Shown piece after piece: positions 29,847 to 38,277 of a stretch of 64,000 nt of DNA. The notes beneath the pieces are model-generated. The model worked only from the letters and a program-made list of their open reading frames with translations. It made no database searches and was not told where the DNA came from. A program made the position numbers and the translations under genes. Position 1 is the stretch's first letter; every line of letters starts with the position of its first letter. Source of the stretch: Candidatus Doudnabacteria bacterium (GTDB lineage Bacteria > Patescibacteriota > Doudnabacteria > UBA920 > O2-02-FULL-48-8); the NCBI GenBank assembly GCA_037200925.1, contig JBBCGO010000001.1, positions 246,366 to 310,365 of the forward strand, read 5' to 3'.

Positions 29847-30476
29847 TTAAATATTAAAATACCTACAGATAAACCGTTTTAATCTAAAAAAATTAAGACC
29901 TGTTAAAAGCCAAATAAATGGTACAACTTTAGAATTTTTTTCTTTTTCTAATTCTTTCCTGAGACTAAGATATGCTGTACGAGCTTGCCCATCATGCTCT
30001 CCGCCTATTAATTTATGGACTACAACAAGTAAATCTTCAGCTCTCTTTTTTATCTCTGGTTTTATATTGTCCCAAACCTCAGCGTTAGAAAGAAAATTAT
30101 GGTGTAATGCTACTCCTTGATTGAAATTACTTAGTGCCTGCTTAGCAGAAACTAGGGTTTTAATAAGCTCTGGATTAGTAAATAAACTACCGGCAGTAGC
30201 GATTGAATTGTCTATGGCCAAGCTTTCTATTTTAAAAACAATTTTTCTCAAAAGTTCTTTATCCTCCCTTATCTCTTGAGATCTGCTTTCCGGCCAATTC
30301 GTGCTAAGCCAATATTGAACTCCCTCGTCTAGTTCGGCTTGGATAGCATTTAATACACTACTTCTAGTATGCCAAATTCCTAGCCGATAAATAATCCAAG
30401 CAACTATAGCTGTGATAACAACTGATGACCCACTTGGATGCTCGCTAATTGTTGTAAATATTGAATTTATGTCCAT
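29847..30476 (-). CDS. Hypothetical protein with N-terminal TM helix
   Basis: 209-aa AT-rich ORF inside the R-M cluster. Confidence 0.65.
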   Translation of the reverse strand: MDINSIFTTISEHPSGSSVVITAIVAWIIYRLGIWHTRSSVLNAIQAELDEGVQYWLSTNWPESRSQEIREDKELLRKIVFKIESLAIDNSIATAGSLFTNPELIKTLVSAKQALSNFNQGVALHHNFLSNAEVWDNIKPEIKKRAEDLLVVVHKLIGGEHDGQARTAYLSLRKELEKEKNSKVVPFIWLLTGLNFFRLKRFICRYFNI

Positions 30477-30518
30477 TGTTTTTCCTTCAACATTGGATTA
30501 AATTTATTTCCAAAAAAA

Positions 30519-31622
30519 TTATTTTTTCAAACGGATTAAAATACGAGGAAATGTATTTTTCAGTCCTGCTGAAGTTTTTAAGACCGGACCAGCATTTAAG
30601 TCACTATAATTTTTTGCATCGATAATTGTATAAACCTTGCTCTTTAAAGCAGGGTCACCAGCTCCTCTTTTAGCCATACCAATAATTTCGAACTGTTCAG
30701 GATTGTACTTATCAAGGAACGTAATCGGAACACCCATGACACTATTGTAATCTTGTGGAATATCTAATTTTTTCGAAACTTCAATAGCATCGTAGTTCTC
30801 GTATTTAGGATATTCTTCGGGATTGTATGTTTTGTAAAAAGTCATTTTCTCATGACGCTTTGTGGTATCAAGGTTTGTAAACCATAAAATACGACCAAAG
30901 CTAAAATACTTTATACCATTCACAACTTTCTTTCTGGATTCTGTATCTATGTCGTATTCTTTGGGGACTTGAAACCATTTTGTCCCGCCATTGTCATAGC
31001 CAAGCCACAATTTATTTTCTTTGATGAGTTTAAAAATTTCTTTATAGGTTATGGCATTCTGGTCCCCTAGAATCAAAAACTTTTTTTTGTGTTCAACAAG
31101 CTGTGCCACGTAGTCACGAAAAAGAGAAAACGGCGGATTGGTGACCACTATATCTGCTTGGTTGAGAAGTTCTATACATTCCTCACTGCGAAAGTCTCCG
31201 CCGTCTTTGAGGGAGGTTGAAACATTTGCATCGTGCCGGAGCAACCATTCGACATCAGAGAGGCCAATAGCGCCATCAGAATTGGAATCTGGAACTTCAT
31301 TAATTTCAATTTTAAACGGCTCTTTGCCTTTCGGTTTTAGGCCTTTGACTTCAAGGAGTGGTAACTGTCCTCCCGCAATTGGCGACTTTGTATAACTGGT
31401 GGTGATTAACTTTTTGAGACCGAGAGCATTAAAATTAGCAGCGAAATATTTAAAAAAATTACTCTCGAACGGATCATCGCAATTGCAATAAATAATCTTA
31501 TCCCGAAACTGTTCTTTGTAATGTTTTAGTTCTTTTTCAATATCAACAAGCTGAGTATAAAACTCGTCTTTCTTAGCTGCGCTTGCTTTGTGTAAGTTGC
31601 TATTTAATGATTTATTTGACAT
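30519..31622 (-). CDS. Adenine-specific methyltransferase, EcoRI family
   Basis: KKDEFYT, YCNCDDP, GDFRSEE, VTNPPFSLF, MGVPITFLDK. Confidence 0.92.
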   Translation of the reverse strand: MSNKSLNSNLHKASAAKKDEFYTQLVDIEKELKHYKEQFRDKIIYCNCDDPFESNFFKYFAANFNALGLKKLITTSYTKSPIAGGQLPLLEVKGLKPKGKEPFKIEINEVPDSNSDGAIGLSDVEWLLRHDANVSTSLKDGGDFRSEECIELLNQADIVVTNPPFSLFRDYVAQLVEHKKKFLILGDQNAITYKEIFKLIKENKLWLGYDNGGTKWFQVPKEYDIDTESRKKVVNGIKYFSFGRILWFTNLDTTKRHEKMTFYKTYNPEEYPKYENYDAIEVSKKLDIPQDYNSVMGVPITFLDKYNPEQFEIIGMAKRGAGDPALKSKVYTIIDAKNYSDLNAGPVLKTSAGLKNTFPRILIRLKK

Positions 31623-31623
31623 T

Positions 31624-31800
31624 CTATTTCTTCCAATCCCTGACTATCAAATGTTTCCCTTTTTGTATCACTTTAACTTTCTGTCTTTCCCGCCAGCCGA
31701 GCTTTTCCACCAATTCGATCGGCAAGGTTAAGCCCAAAGACTTCCTGCCCATTCGGGTCAATTTTCTGATATTTTGGTCGCCGTGCTTTCTAACACCCAT
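31624..31800 (-). CDS. AbrB/MazE/SpoVT-like small DNA-binding protein (58 aa, below the ORF-track cutoff)
   Basis: Translated by hand: MGVRKHGDQNIRKLTRMGRKSLGLTLPIELVEKLGWRERQKVKVIQKGKHLIVRDWKK; stop 1 bp before the MTase start. Confidence 0.78.
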   Translation of the reverse strand: MGVRKHGDQNIRKLTRMGRKSLGLTLPIELVEKLGWRERQKVKVIQKGKHLIVRDWKK

Positions 31801-31816
31801 GTGATTAGCTCTTCGT

Positions 31817-31845
31817 CTGGATCCCGGATCAAGTCCGGGATGACA
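31817..31845. repeat. REP-like palindrome GATCCCGGATCAAGTCCGGGATGAC
   Basis: Hairpin related to the ATCCTGAAC..TTCAGGAT elements at ~24514 and ~36337. Confidence 0.6.
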
Positions 31846-31857
31846 GCCAGTATGTAA

Positions 31858-31875
31858 TTAATTACGTAATTAAAT
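31858..31875. promoter_or_regulatory. Palindrome TTAATTACGTAATTAA, copy 2
   Basis: Identical to 25541-25558; upstream of the AbrB-like gene. Confidence 0.65.
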
Positions 31876-31911
31876 CTTACCTCTATTCTGCCACTTTTTG
31901 CCCGAAAAAGC

Positions 31912-31937
31912 AAAAAGCGGCCTTTCGGCCGCTTTTT
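31912..31937. terminator. Bidirectional intrinsic terminator
   Basis: AAAAAGCGGCC-TTTC-GGCCGCTTTTT. Confidence 0.75.
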
Positions 31938-31948
31938 GTACTAGTCTT

Positions 31949-32197
31949 TTAAGCAGGATTGTAATTTAGCACTCGCCAAGTATTATGTTCTTTGATAGCT
32001 TGAATGACTTTTTGATTTTTTCCTTTTACTTTTCCGGCAGAATATCCACTCCAAGTATTAAATGCATCATCGCCCTTTATGGTAAATATGACCAAAGACC
32101 CGTTTGGAATTTTGTTCCAAACTCTCGGATTCTTAGATGCATATTTATCAAACTCAAAAGAAAGCTTGATATTTTTCTGTACAAAAAGTGTATTCAT
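31949..32197 (-). CDS. DUF5647-like small protein (putative antitoxin)
   Basis: N..LS.EFD.Y...NP....IP......DDAFN pattern. Confidence 0.6.
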   Translation of the reverse strand: MNTLFVQKNIKLSFEFDKYASKNPRVWNKIPNGSLVIFTIKGDDAFNTWSGYSAGKVKGKNQKVIQAIKEHNTWRVLNYNPA

Positions 32198-32225
32198 AGT
32201 AGTTTTAAATTAATATTTTTTATTT

Positions 32226-32537
32226 CTATTTCGATATTAGATAATTTTCTTTGATTTTTAGAAAATCTCTTTCAATTAATAATTTAGCCTGTATAAAGGC
32301 CTTATTATTATCATCTATGCCTAATGGTACCCAATATTCTCTGTCATGTAAATGATACTTATGCACATGGCCTAAACCATGACAATTATCAATCCTCATT
32401 ATAGTTTTCCATTTTGAATCAATTCTGGCGTAGTATTGAACCACAAATTTAACAATCTTGCCTCTATTCCGGCTAAATTTAATCCTTAATTTATCATCTT
32501 CAGTCAAAAATCTAGTATTATCCACTTCCCTGATCAT
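32226..32537 (-). CDS. Small protein with R.DNCHG..H.H motif (putative toxin, DUF7718/DUF6516-like)
   Basis: FVVQY....W..I.RIDNCHGLGHVH. Confidence 0.6.
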   Translation of the reverse strand: MIREVDNTRFLTEDDKLRIKFSRNRGKIVKFVVQYYARIDSKWKTIMRIDNCHGLGHVHKYHLHDREYWVPLGIDDNNKAFIQAKLLIERDFLKIKENYLISK

Positions 32538-32632
32538 TTTAGTATTTTAGATTGTTTAACAAAAATAGCGGCCTTAAGCCGCGCAAGCTATCAACATAAT
32601 GCTTATTAATTATATTCCTTTTTCCCAAAAAG

Positions 32633-32992
32633 TCAAATTTTATGGTGACTTAATGGTTCGTGTTTATCTCTTATTAGTTCATTGGTTTTCAAATCTCTAA
32701 CAACTTCATGATATTCATCTTTTTCTCTGTCAATAATTCTTACTTTATCAACTCCAAATTCTTTATCCTTGGTTATAATATTTTGAAACCAACCCTGAAT
32801 AATCTCTTTTAATGGTCTTTTAAATCCGTTTCTCTTGTGTTTAAGTTCGAGGCTCATTCTTATGTTTGTAGTTTCTTTGATATGAACCTTAATCATAGCG
32901 GCGACTGAGCCGCAATTTGAACAAGGTTTTTCCTCAAAATTTAACTTTCGTCTACAATTTTGACAAAATTTTTCTTGAGTAACTTCAGTCAT
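32633..32992 (-). CDS. Zinc-ribbon hypothetical protein
   Basis: CQNC...CSNCG. Confidence 0.6.
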   Translation of the reverse strand: MTEVTQEKFCQNCRRKLNFEEKPCSNCGSVAAMIKVHIKETTNIRMSLELKHKRNGFKRPLKEIIQGWFQNIITKDKEFGVDKVRIIDREKDEYHEVVRDLKTNELIRDKHEPLSHHKI

Positions 32993-33066
32993 ATATTTAT
33001 ATTATTATTTCACAAATCGCTAGATAAATCAAACAAAAAACCAGCCTTTCGGCTGGTCTTTTCTTT

Positions 33067-33282
33067 TTACATTTCCGGCAGAGCAGAGAACTTCTTTTTG
33101 AAGTCATCCATCCACTTGGTTGTTTCCTCAGGTGTCATTTTCTTGACCTGTTCCGCAAGTTCCGGATGGGCCTGGTTTATATGAACCATGCCGTTGCTGA
33201 CCATTTCTTCGGGGGTGTTGCCGCTGATCATCACGGTGCAATCGGCAGGGCCACCCATTTGGGAGCACAAGATCTGCTTCAT
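33067..33282 (-). CDS. DUF1059 family protein
   Basis: C..MGG..C....G.T.EE......H....H. Confidence 0.75.
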   Translation of the reverse strand: MKQILCSQMGGPADCTVMISGNTPEEMVSNGMVHINQAHPELAEQVKKMTPEETTKWMDDFKKKFSALPEM

Positions 33283-33308
33283 ATTATAGGCTTCCTTTTT
33301 TCTTAGTT

Positions 33309-34616
33309 CTAATTTTGAATTCCGCCGTCATCATAACTGCCAAGCTCGCTGTCGGAAAGCTTGACGATCTTGCCCAGGGACAAACCTAACCGGTTAAACA
33401 CGGCCATGGAAGGAATGCCCATTTTAGCGTCGCCTGCAACCAAGTAAACCGTAGCTGCGCTTCCTTTGATCAAAGTCCCGTCCGGGTAGCCCATGATCCG
33501 TCCGACGCTGACAGCCGCGAACTGGTCAGACGAAATAGTCTGGACATCCGAGAACTTTAACCCGCGGGCAGTGAAGATAGTCGCAGTGCTGAACGGTCTT
33601 AGCATCCCGTTGACTACCAGATAAACAGTACCGCTGCCGGCCACTTTCACCACTGAACCGTTTGCGTAGTTGAACATCACACTTGGCGGCGTAGGAGCCG
33701 GGGTCGGTGTCGGAGTCTGATAAACAGGGGTCGGATACATGATATTCGGGGTCGGGTACGGGGTTGGGTATTGTACAGGCGCACCGGGACTTGGCGAAAC
33801 AACTGTGTTTGAATCCAGCGTCACTGCGGTCTGGGCAAGTGCCCGGCCATTGAGAGTTGCGCCGGTGTTGAGCACAATTGCTGATTGATCCAATATATTT
33901 CCGTTGAAAACAGATGTCGTGCCAAGCGTGGTTTGGCCGCCGACAGCCCAAAAAATATTACCGGCCTGGGCCCCGCCGCTTAAAATAACATGTGTTCCGG
34001 AACTCGTGGTGAGAGTTTGCGCTATCTGGAAGATCCAGACATCCGAAGCAGATCCTGCGAGTGTGACATCCGACGGTATGGTCACGCCTGTGCCCCATTT
34101 ATACAATCCCGGAGCAAGCGTCATGCCGCCAATGTTTCCGGCGCCCAATTCCGTGGCAGTGGGCAGTGTCCGGCCCACGGCATCAACATATGCGGTTTGC
34201 ATGTCCATTATCGCAGTGGTCATGTTCGCCGGTGTGGGGTCTGCGTAGCCTGGCGCGTATGCTTTTCCGCTTACCAATGCTGAGGTGGAAAATGCGCCTC
34301 CGGCAGGAAGAGTTAAGGCAAAGCCTGTCAGGGAGCTCGCCGCAGCCGGGCTTACTCCAATGTCCCCGACAATACTCGTGGTTCCAGTGGTAGAGATCCC
34401 TGTTTTTGCCAGGATGGCAAAATTACCCGCAGTTCCGAGGTTGACCATTGCCGGCCCTGCGGCCAAAGCAGTTGCCGAGAAAGCCAACGCCAGACCCGCG
34501 ATAAGACCCACAAACATATTTCTTCTCAAGATATTCCTAAAATTTATTTTCATTTGTTTCTGATTAATTTTTTCTATTATAGATTTAATTATAAAACAGG
34601 TTGAACGTTTAGTCAA
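33309..34616 (-). CDS. Ice-binding family protein (DUF3494) with Pro/Thr linker and duplicated C-terminal module
   Basis: VNLGTAGNFAILAKTGIS, GDIGVSP, LAPGLYKW, VWIFQI, NIFWAV, GRALAQTAVTLD; true start likely downstream (MKINF). Confidence 0.92.
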   Translation of the reverse strand: MTKRSTCFIIKSIIEKINQKQMKINFRNILRRNMFVGLIAGLALAFSATALAAGPAMVNLGTAGNFAILAKTGISTTGTTSIVGDIGVSPAAASSLTGFALTLPAGGAFSTSALVSGKAYAPGYADPTPANMTTAIMDMQTAYVDAVGRTLPTATELGAGNIGGMTLAPGLYKWGTGVTIPSDVTLAGSASDVWIFQIAQTLTTSSGTHVILSGGAQAGNIFWAVGGQTTLGTTSVFNGNILDQSAIVLNTGATLNGRALAQTAVTLDSNTVVSPSPGAPVQYPTPYPTPNIMYPTPVYQTPTPTPAPTPPSVMFNYANGSVVKVAGSGTVYLVVNGMLRPFSTATIFTARGLKFSDVQTISSDQFAAVSVGRIMGYPDGTLIKGSAATVYLVAGDAKMGIPSMAVFNRLGLSLGKIVKLSDSELGSYDDGGIQN

Positions 34617-34847
34617 GGAAAGTTTTTATGCTACCTTTTGTGCAGACGAAAAGGTAGCACCAAAAGCTGCCGGCGGCTCTCGGCAGCACAGAGGTAGTGA
34701 ATTTAGAGAAAAATTTGCCAGAATTCTTAGCTCGCTTCGGCGTGTTCGCAAGGCCTAATCGGCGTTGCGAACGCTAACCCAGCCTCGCTCGCGTCAAATT
34801 CTGACCAGATTTTTCAAATTGCCGGAAAAACCGAAACCTAACTCGGC

Positions 34848-35372
34848 TTAATAAAAAGAATAATTTTTTAGTTCTTTCCTTATGGCTCTGTAATCCGGAA
34901 CTGTCTGCCGCACCAGGGCCCAGAAATTTTCCGAATGGTTCATTTCCTTCAAATGGCACAGTTCGTGCACGATTATGTAATCAGCCTGATTGAGCGGCAG
35001 TTGCGTGATCCTGTGATTGAAATTCAGGTTTTTCCGCACAGAACAGCTTCCCCAGAGACTTTTATGATCTTTTATGCTCACACGGCCATAATTAAACCGG
35101 TAATGTTGGTTATATAGTTCTATCCGGCTTTTCACAAAGGCCAGAGCATCGGAGCGGCTCATGGCGGGTGCCAGCGGGATAGATTTGCGATTTTTCTGAA
35201 AATTTATTTTCTTGGCTATCCAAGCGGATTTGGAGCGGATAAATTCCTCAGCTGAGGCGACGGAAACCCTCAGAGGTTTGGTCACGACCACCCGCCCGCC
35301 GGGATATATTGTGATGCGGATGTGCCTGGCTCTGGCGCTGGACCTGATCTGATATTCGATCTCTGTTTGCAT
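34848..35372 (-). CDS. YgjP/DUF45 (SprT-like) metal-dependent hydrolase
   Basis: WGSCS, YIIVHELCHL..NHS..FW. Confidence 0.9.
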   Translation of the reverse strand: MQTEIEYQIRSSARARHIRITIYPGGRVVVTKPLRVSVASAEEFIRSKSAWIAKKINFQKNRKSIPLAPAMSRSDALAFVKSRIELYNQHYRFNYGRVSIKDHKSLWGSCSVRKNLNFNHRITQLPLNQADYIIVHELCHLKEMNHSENFWALVRQTVPDYRAIRKELKNYSFY

Positions 35373-35407
35373 TCTGTAATTTTAAGATAAAAAAAGAAAA
35401 ATATCGA

Positions 35408-35525
35408 ATCTGCGAGCTCCGACGTTTCAGTCGGAGCGTGGCAGTCTAAACCGCGGAGTTCCCTTTATCTTGCCGAGAGCCGATTGCTTCGTCGTCCCGA
35501 ATAATCGGGACTCCTCGCAAATTCA
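35408..35525 (-). repeat. 118-bp palindromic element, copy B (inverted relative to copy A)
   Basis: 3 mismatches versus 22842-22959. Confidence 0.92.
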
Positions 35526-35593
35526 GTTCTCACGATTGCTTGCCAAAGTTATGAAAATCTTATAATTTACAAGTATCATTAAAATCAAATCTT

Positions 35594-36328
35594 ATGAACT
35601 CTGACATCACACTTGAAGCCGAAGGGTTGAAATTTCCGGCTTACTTAAGTTCCCCTGAAGGCACGAACTTGCCTGCTATTCTGCTTATCCACGAAGTTTG
35701 GGGATTAAGTCCGCAGATAAAAAGCGTTGCCGACAGGCTGTCAGCGCAAGGATTCGTTGTCCTGGCGCCTGACCTTATCACTCACACCGGCATCACAGAA
35801 AAGATAAACCCTGAGCTGCTCAAGCAAGCCATGGATCCGGCCACGCGCGATGAAGCGCAGAAGAAGATCCGCGCCGCCTGGGCGCCGCTTAATATGCCGG
35901 AATTTGGCAAAGAAACAGTGGGCAGAACCCGGCATTGCTTTGATCATCTGGCGAATCTTCCGAATGTGGACCCGGGCCGGATATCCGTGATCGGCTTTTG
36001 TTTTGGCGGCACTTATACTTTCAGCCTGGCGGTGAATGAACCCAAACTGCACTCAGCCGTGGCCTTCTACGGTCATGCGCCTGAAAGCGAAGAAGAATTG
36101 GCCAAGATCAAATGCTCCGTCCTGGCATTCTACGGGGAAAAAGATGAGAACCTTATCAAGGACCTGCCCAAACTTGTGGAGCGAATGGATAAGCTGGAAA
36201 AAGATTTTGAATCTGTGGTCTATCCCAATTGCGGGCATGCGTTCTTCAACGACTCAAACCCGAACACATACAACAAACAAGCAGCCGAAGATGCTTGGAT
36301 AAAACTTTTGGATTTTTTGGGAAAATAA
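35594..36328 (+). CDS. Dienelactone hydrolase family protein
   Basis: HEVWGL, GFCFGG, YGEKD, GHAFFN. Confidence 0.93.
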   Translation: MNSDITLEAEGLKFPAYLSSPEGTNLPAILLIHEVWGLSPQIKSVADRLSAQGFVVLAPDLITHTGITEKINPELLKQAMDPATRDEAQKKIRAAWAPLNMPEFGKETVGRTRHCFDHLANLPNVDPGRISVIGFCFGGTYTFSLAVNEPKLHSAVAFYGHAPESEEELAKIKCSVLAFYGEKDENLIKDLPKLVERMDKLEKDFESVVYPNCGHAFFNDSNPNTYNKQAAEDAWIKLLDFLGK

Positions 36329-36336
36329 AAACCTAT

Positions 36337-36407
36337 GTCATCCTGAACTTGATTCAGGATCCAGTTATAATGTTTTGTCTCTGGATTCCAGCTTTCGCTG
36401 GAATGAC
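36337..36407. repeat. Composite REP/RPE-like palindrome
   Basis: GTCATCCTGAACTTGATTCAGGATCC ... GGATTCCAGCTTTCGCTGGAATGAC. Confidence 0.7.
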
Positions 36408-36424
36408 AAGTGCAGGAGGACAAT

Positions 36425-36706
36425 ATGTCGGCCGACACGCATTTTCCGCCGGTCTGCCCAAAGTGCGGAGCTGGCGCTCTCTGTTTCCACGAGGACATTG
36501 GCAGAGAGGACTTCACGGACGAATACACTCTTATCTGCATCCAATGCGATCATAGGGAAAGCCAAAGCTTCTCCGGCGAATCCCAATTCGGCGACAGCCG
36601 CGAAAACCTCTGTCCGTACTGCGGACGCGGCCGGCGCGGGCACGAATCACCTGACCATCTTCTGCCGCCCAGCCTGCCGCCGCCAGGCTCGGGCACAATA
36701 CAATAG
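36425..36706 (+). CDS. Cys-rich zinc-finger hypothetical protein
   Basis: Three CxxC pairs; SD AGGAGG; downstream hairpin and T-run. Confidence 0.6.
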   Translation: MSADTHFPPVCPKCGAGALCFHEDIGREDFTDEYTLICIQCDHRESQSFSGESQFGDSRENLCPYCGRGRRGHESPDHLLPPSLPPPGSGTIQ

Positions 36707-36805
36707 CCGCGACTAAATGCCGCGGCTTTTTTTATTGGGGAAAAATAAAACCCGGGTCTGCGGAACTTTCGTTCACGCAGAACCGGGAAGGTGAAACTTT
36801 CCGCC

Positions 36806-37318
36806 TTAAGAATCCAAAAAATAATAACTCCGTTTCAAGAATTCATATAACGGCAGGCTATATGGATTATGGCTTTTCTCGGCGATCTCATCTATTTTGT
36901 ATCCGACCCGCATCCGGAGTTTGTGTACCAGAGCGATCATCACAGCTTCGTCGCCGAGCTCAGGCAGACCCGAGAGCGAATATATGAAAGGGTCGAAGCC
37001 GCGTATAGCTCCGCCCCACTGTTGTTTATCCGGATCACGGCTTTCCCAGCTGCTAAGATGCTCGGGATGTTCGGCCAGTCGTCCGGCCTTTTCTACGCAA
37101 TTCGTCAGATATTTCTCCGCTTTATCCGGCGGCACCGTGCCGACTGCCAGAATGATGAGCGCAAGACCGGTCTCGGCATCTGCCAGGCAAAAGTATGCCC
37201 CTGTTCGTGCTGCCCAAGCAGGATCATTTTCGAAGAATATCAAACTTTTGTCGAATATCACCCCGACCTCTTTGGCGATTTTATCAAGCGAAGGCATCTC
37301 TAACGGGCTGAAGCTCAC
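36806..37318 (-). CDS. Hypothetical protein, possibly GlcG/HbpS-like fold
   Basis: EKA, WGGAI, SLSGLPELGDE; SD AAGGAGG before GTG; TTGACA-17-TATTTT upstream. Confidence 0.6.
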   Translation of the reverse strand: MSFSPLEMPSLDKIAKEVGVIFDKSLIFFENDPAWAARTGAYFCLADAETGLALIILAVGTVPPDKAEKYLTNCVEKAGRLAEHPEHLSSWESRDPDKQQWGGAIRGFDPFIYSLSGLPELGDEAVMIALVHKLRMRVGYKIDEIAEKSHNPYSLPLYEFLKRSYYFLDS

Positions 37319-37386
37319 AACCACCTCCTTAGTAATGCGAAATAACAAAATAGCACCCAAGGTGCCATTTGTCAACGCCTTCTGAA

Positions 37387-38277
37387 TTATTTCGTGAACA
37401 CGATGTCCCAGTAGCCGGTCGTATTTTCCGATTGGCCGGTGAAGTCATACGAGTTGGCATGCTTCAGCATCCGGGGTTTCAGGTTCCATAATTTGGCCAA
37501 AGCGATGGCGGTTTTGATCGAAGCCGGCGAATCCATATGGCGCAGGGTCAGTCCCCCGCCATCCATATTTTTTATCATATTGCCGGAATCCGCATCTAGC
37601 TGGTTGGCCACGTCGGTTGCTTGGTAATGCGAAAAGTCTACGCTGATCACGACTGTGATCTCATCTTTATATTTAGCCAGAACTTGCGCAACTTTTTCCA
37701 CTTCGGAATCGGGAGCAGCCGAGGAATAAATGATGGGCACAATGGTGCTGTCAGGATACAGCAGTTTGATGAACATGCTGTGCACGCCGATGGAGTGCTC
37801 GCCGTCAAAGCATCCGTCTATTTCCGAAACTCCGCCGTTCTTTATCAGATCATCAATGATGGCTGTGTTGCTGTCCAGAATTCCGTAAGGAGTATAGTAT
37901 GGGCGCTTGGTCGTGGACGCGGCCTTTTTACAGTGTTCATAATGATCGGGACCGACCACCACAAAGGTCTGGTGCGGGCTCTGCGATTGCTTGAGAGTAT
38001 TATACAGCTGTGCGATCAGAGAAACTGCGGTCGGCAAATGATGGGAAGTGATAGAGATCTGAGCGTTCGGAAGATTCGCCAAAGCTTTATACTGGGCCAT
38101 GGCCTGCTTGATCAGATCGCCGTATTCAAATCCCACTGCAGCCACGGGAGAAGAGCCTATGGGCGCAGTGGTAATACCTGCGATTTTCCCGCTTTGCCTG
38201 GTTGCGGCAAAAAAGCCGAGGCTCAGAAGCAGGACGCCCAGAATAAAGACTATGCCTGTCCGGGTGCTATTTGACAT
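37387..38277 (-). CDS. MEMO1 / AmmeMemoRadiSam protein B family, membrane-anchored
   Basis: SHH, VVGPDH, EHSI, SVDFSHY, TTGY; N-terminal TM helix. Confidence 0.85.
   Translation of the reverse strand: MSNSTRTGIVFILGVLLLSLGFFAATRQSGKIAGITTAPIGSSPVAAVGFEYGDLIKQAMAQYKALANLPNAQISITSHHLPTAVSLIAQLYNTLKQSQSPHQTFVVVGPDHYEHCKKAASTTKRPYYTPYGILDSNTAIIDDLIKNGGVSEIDGCFDGEHSIGVHSMFIKLLYPDSTIVPIIYSSAAPDSEVEKVAQVLAKYKDEITVVISVDFSHYQATDVANQLDADSGNMIKNMDGGGLTLRHMDSPASIKTAIALAKLWNLKPRMLKHANSYDFTGQSENTTGYWDIVFTK

Noticed and set aside
22960-35407. Prophage, integron or composite transposon
   Set aside because: No integrase, transposase, phage structural genes or attC core motifs were recognised.
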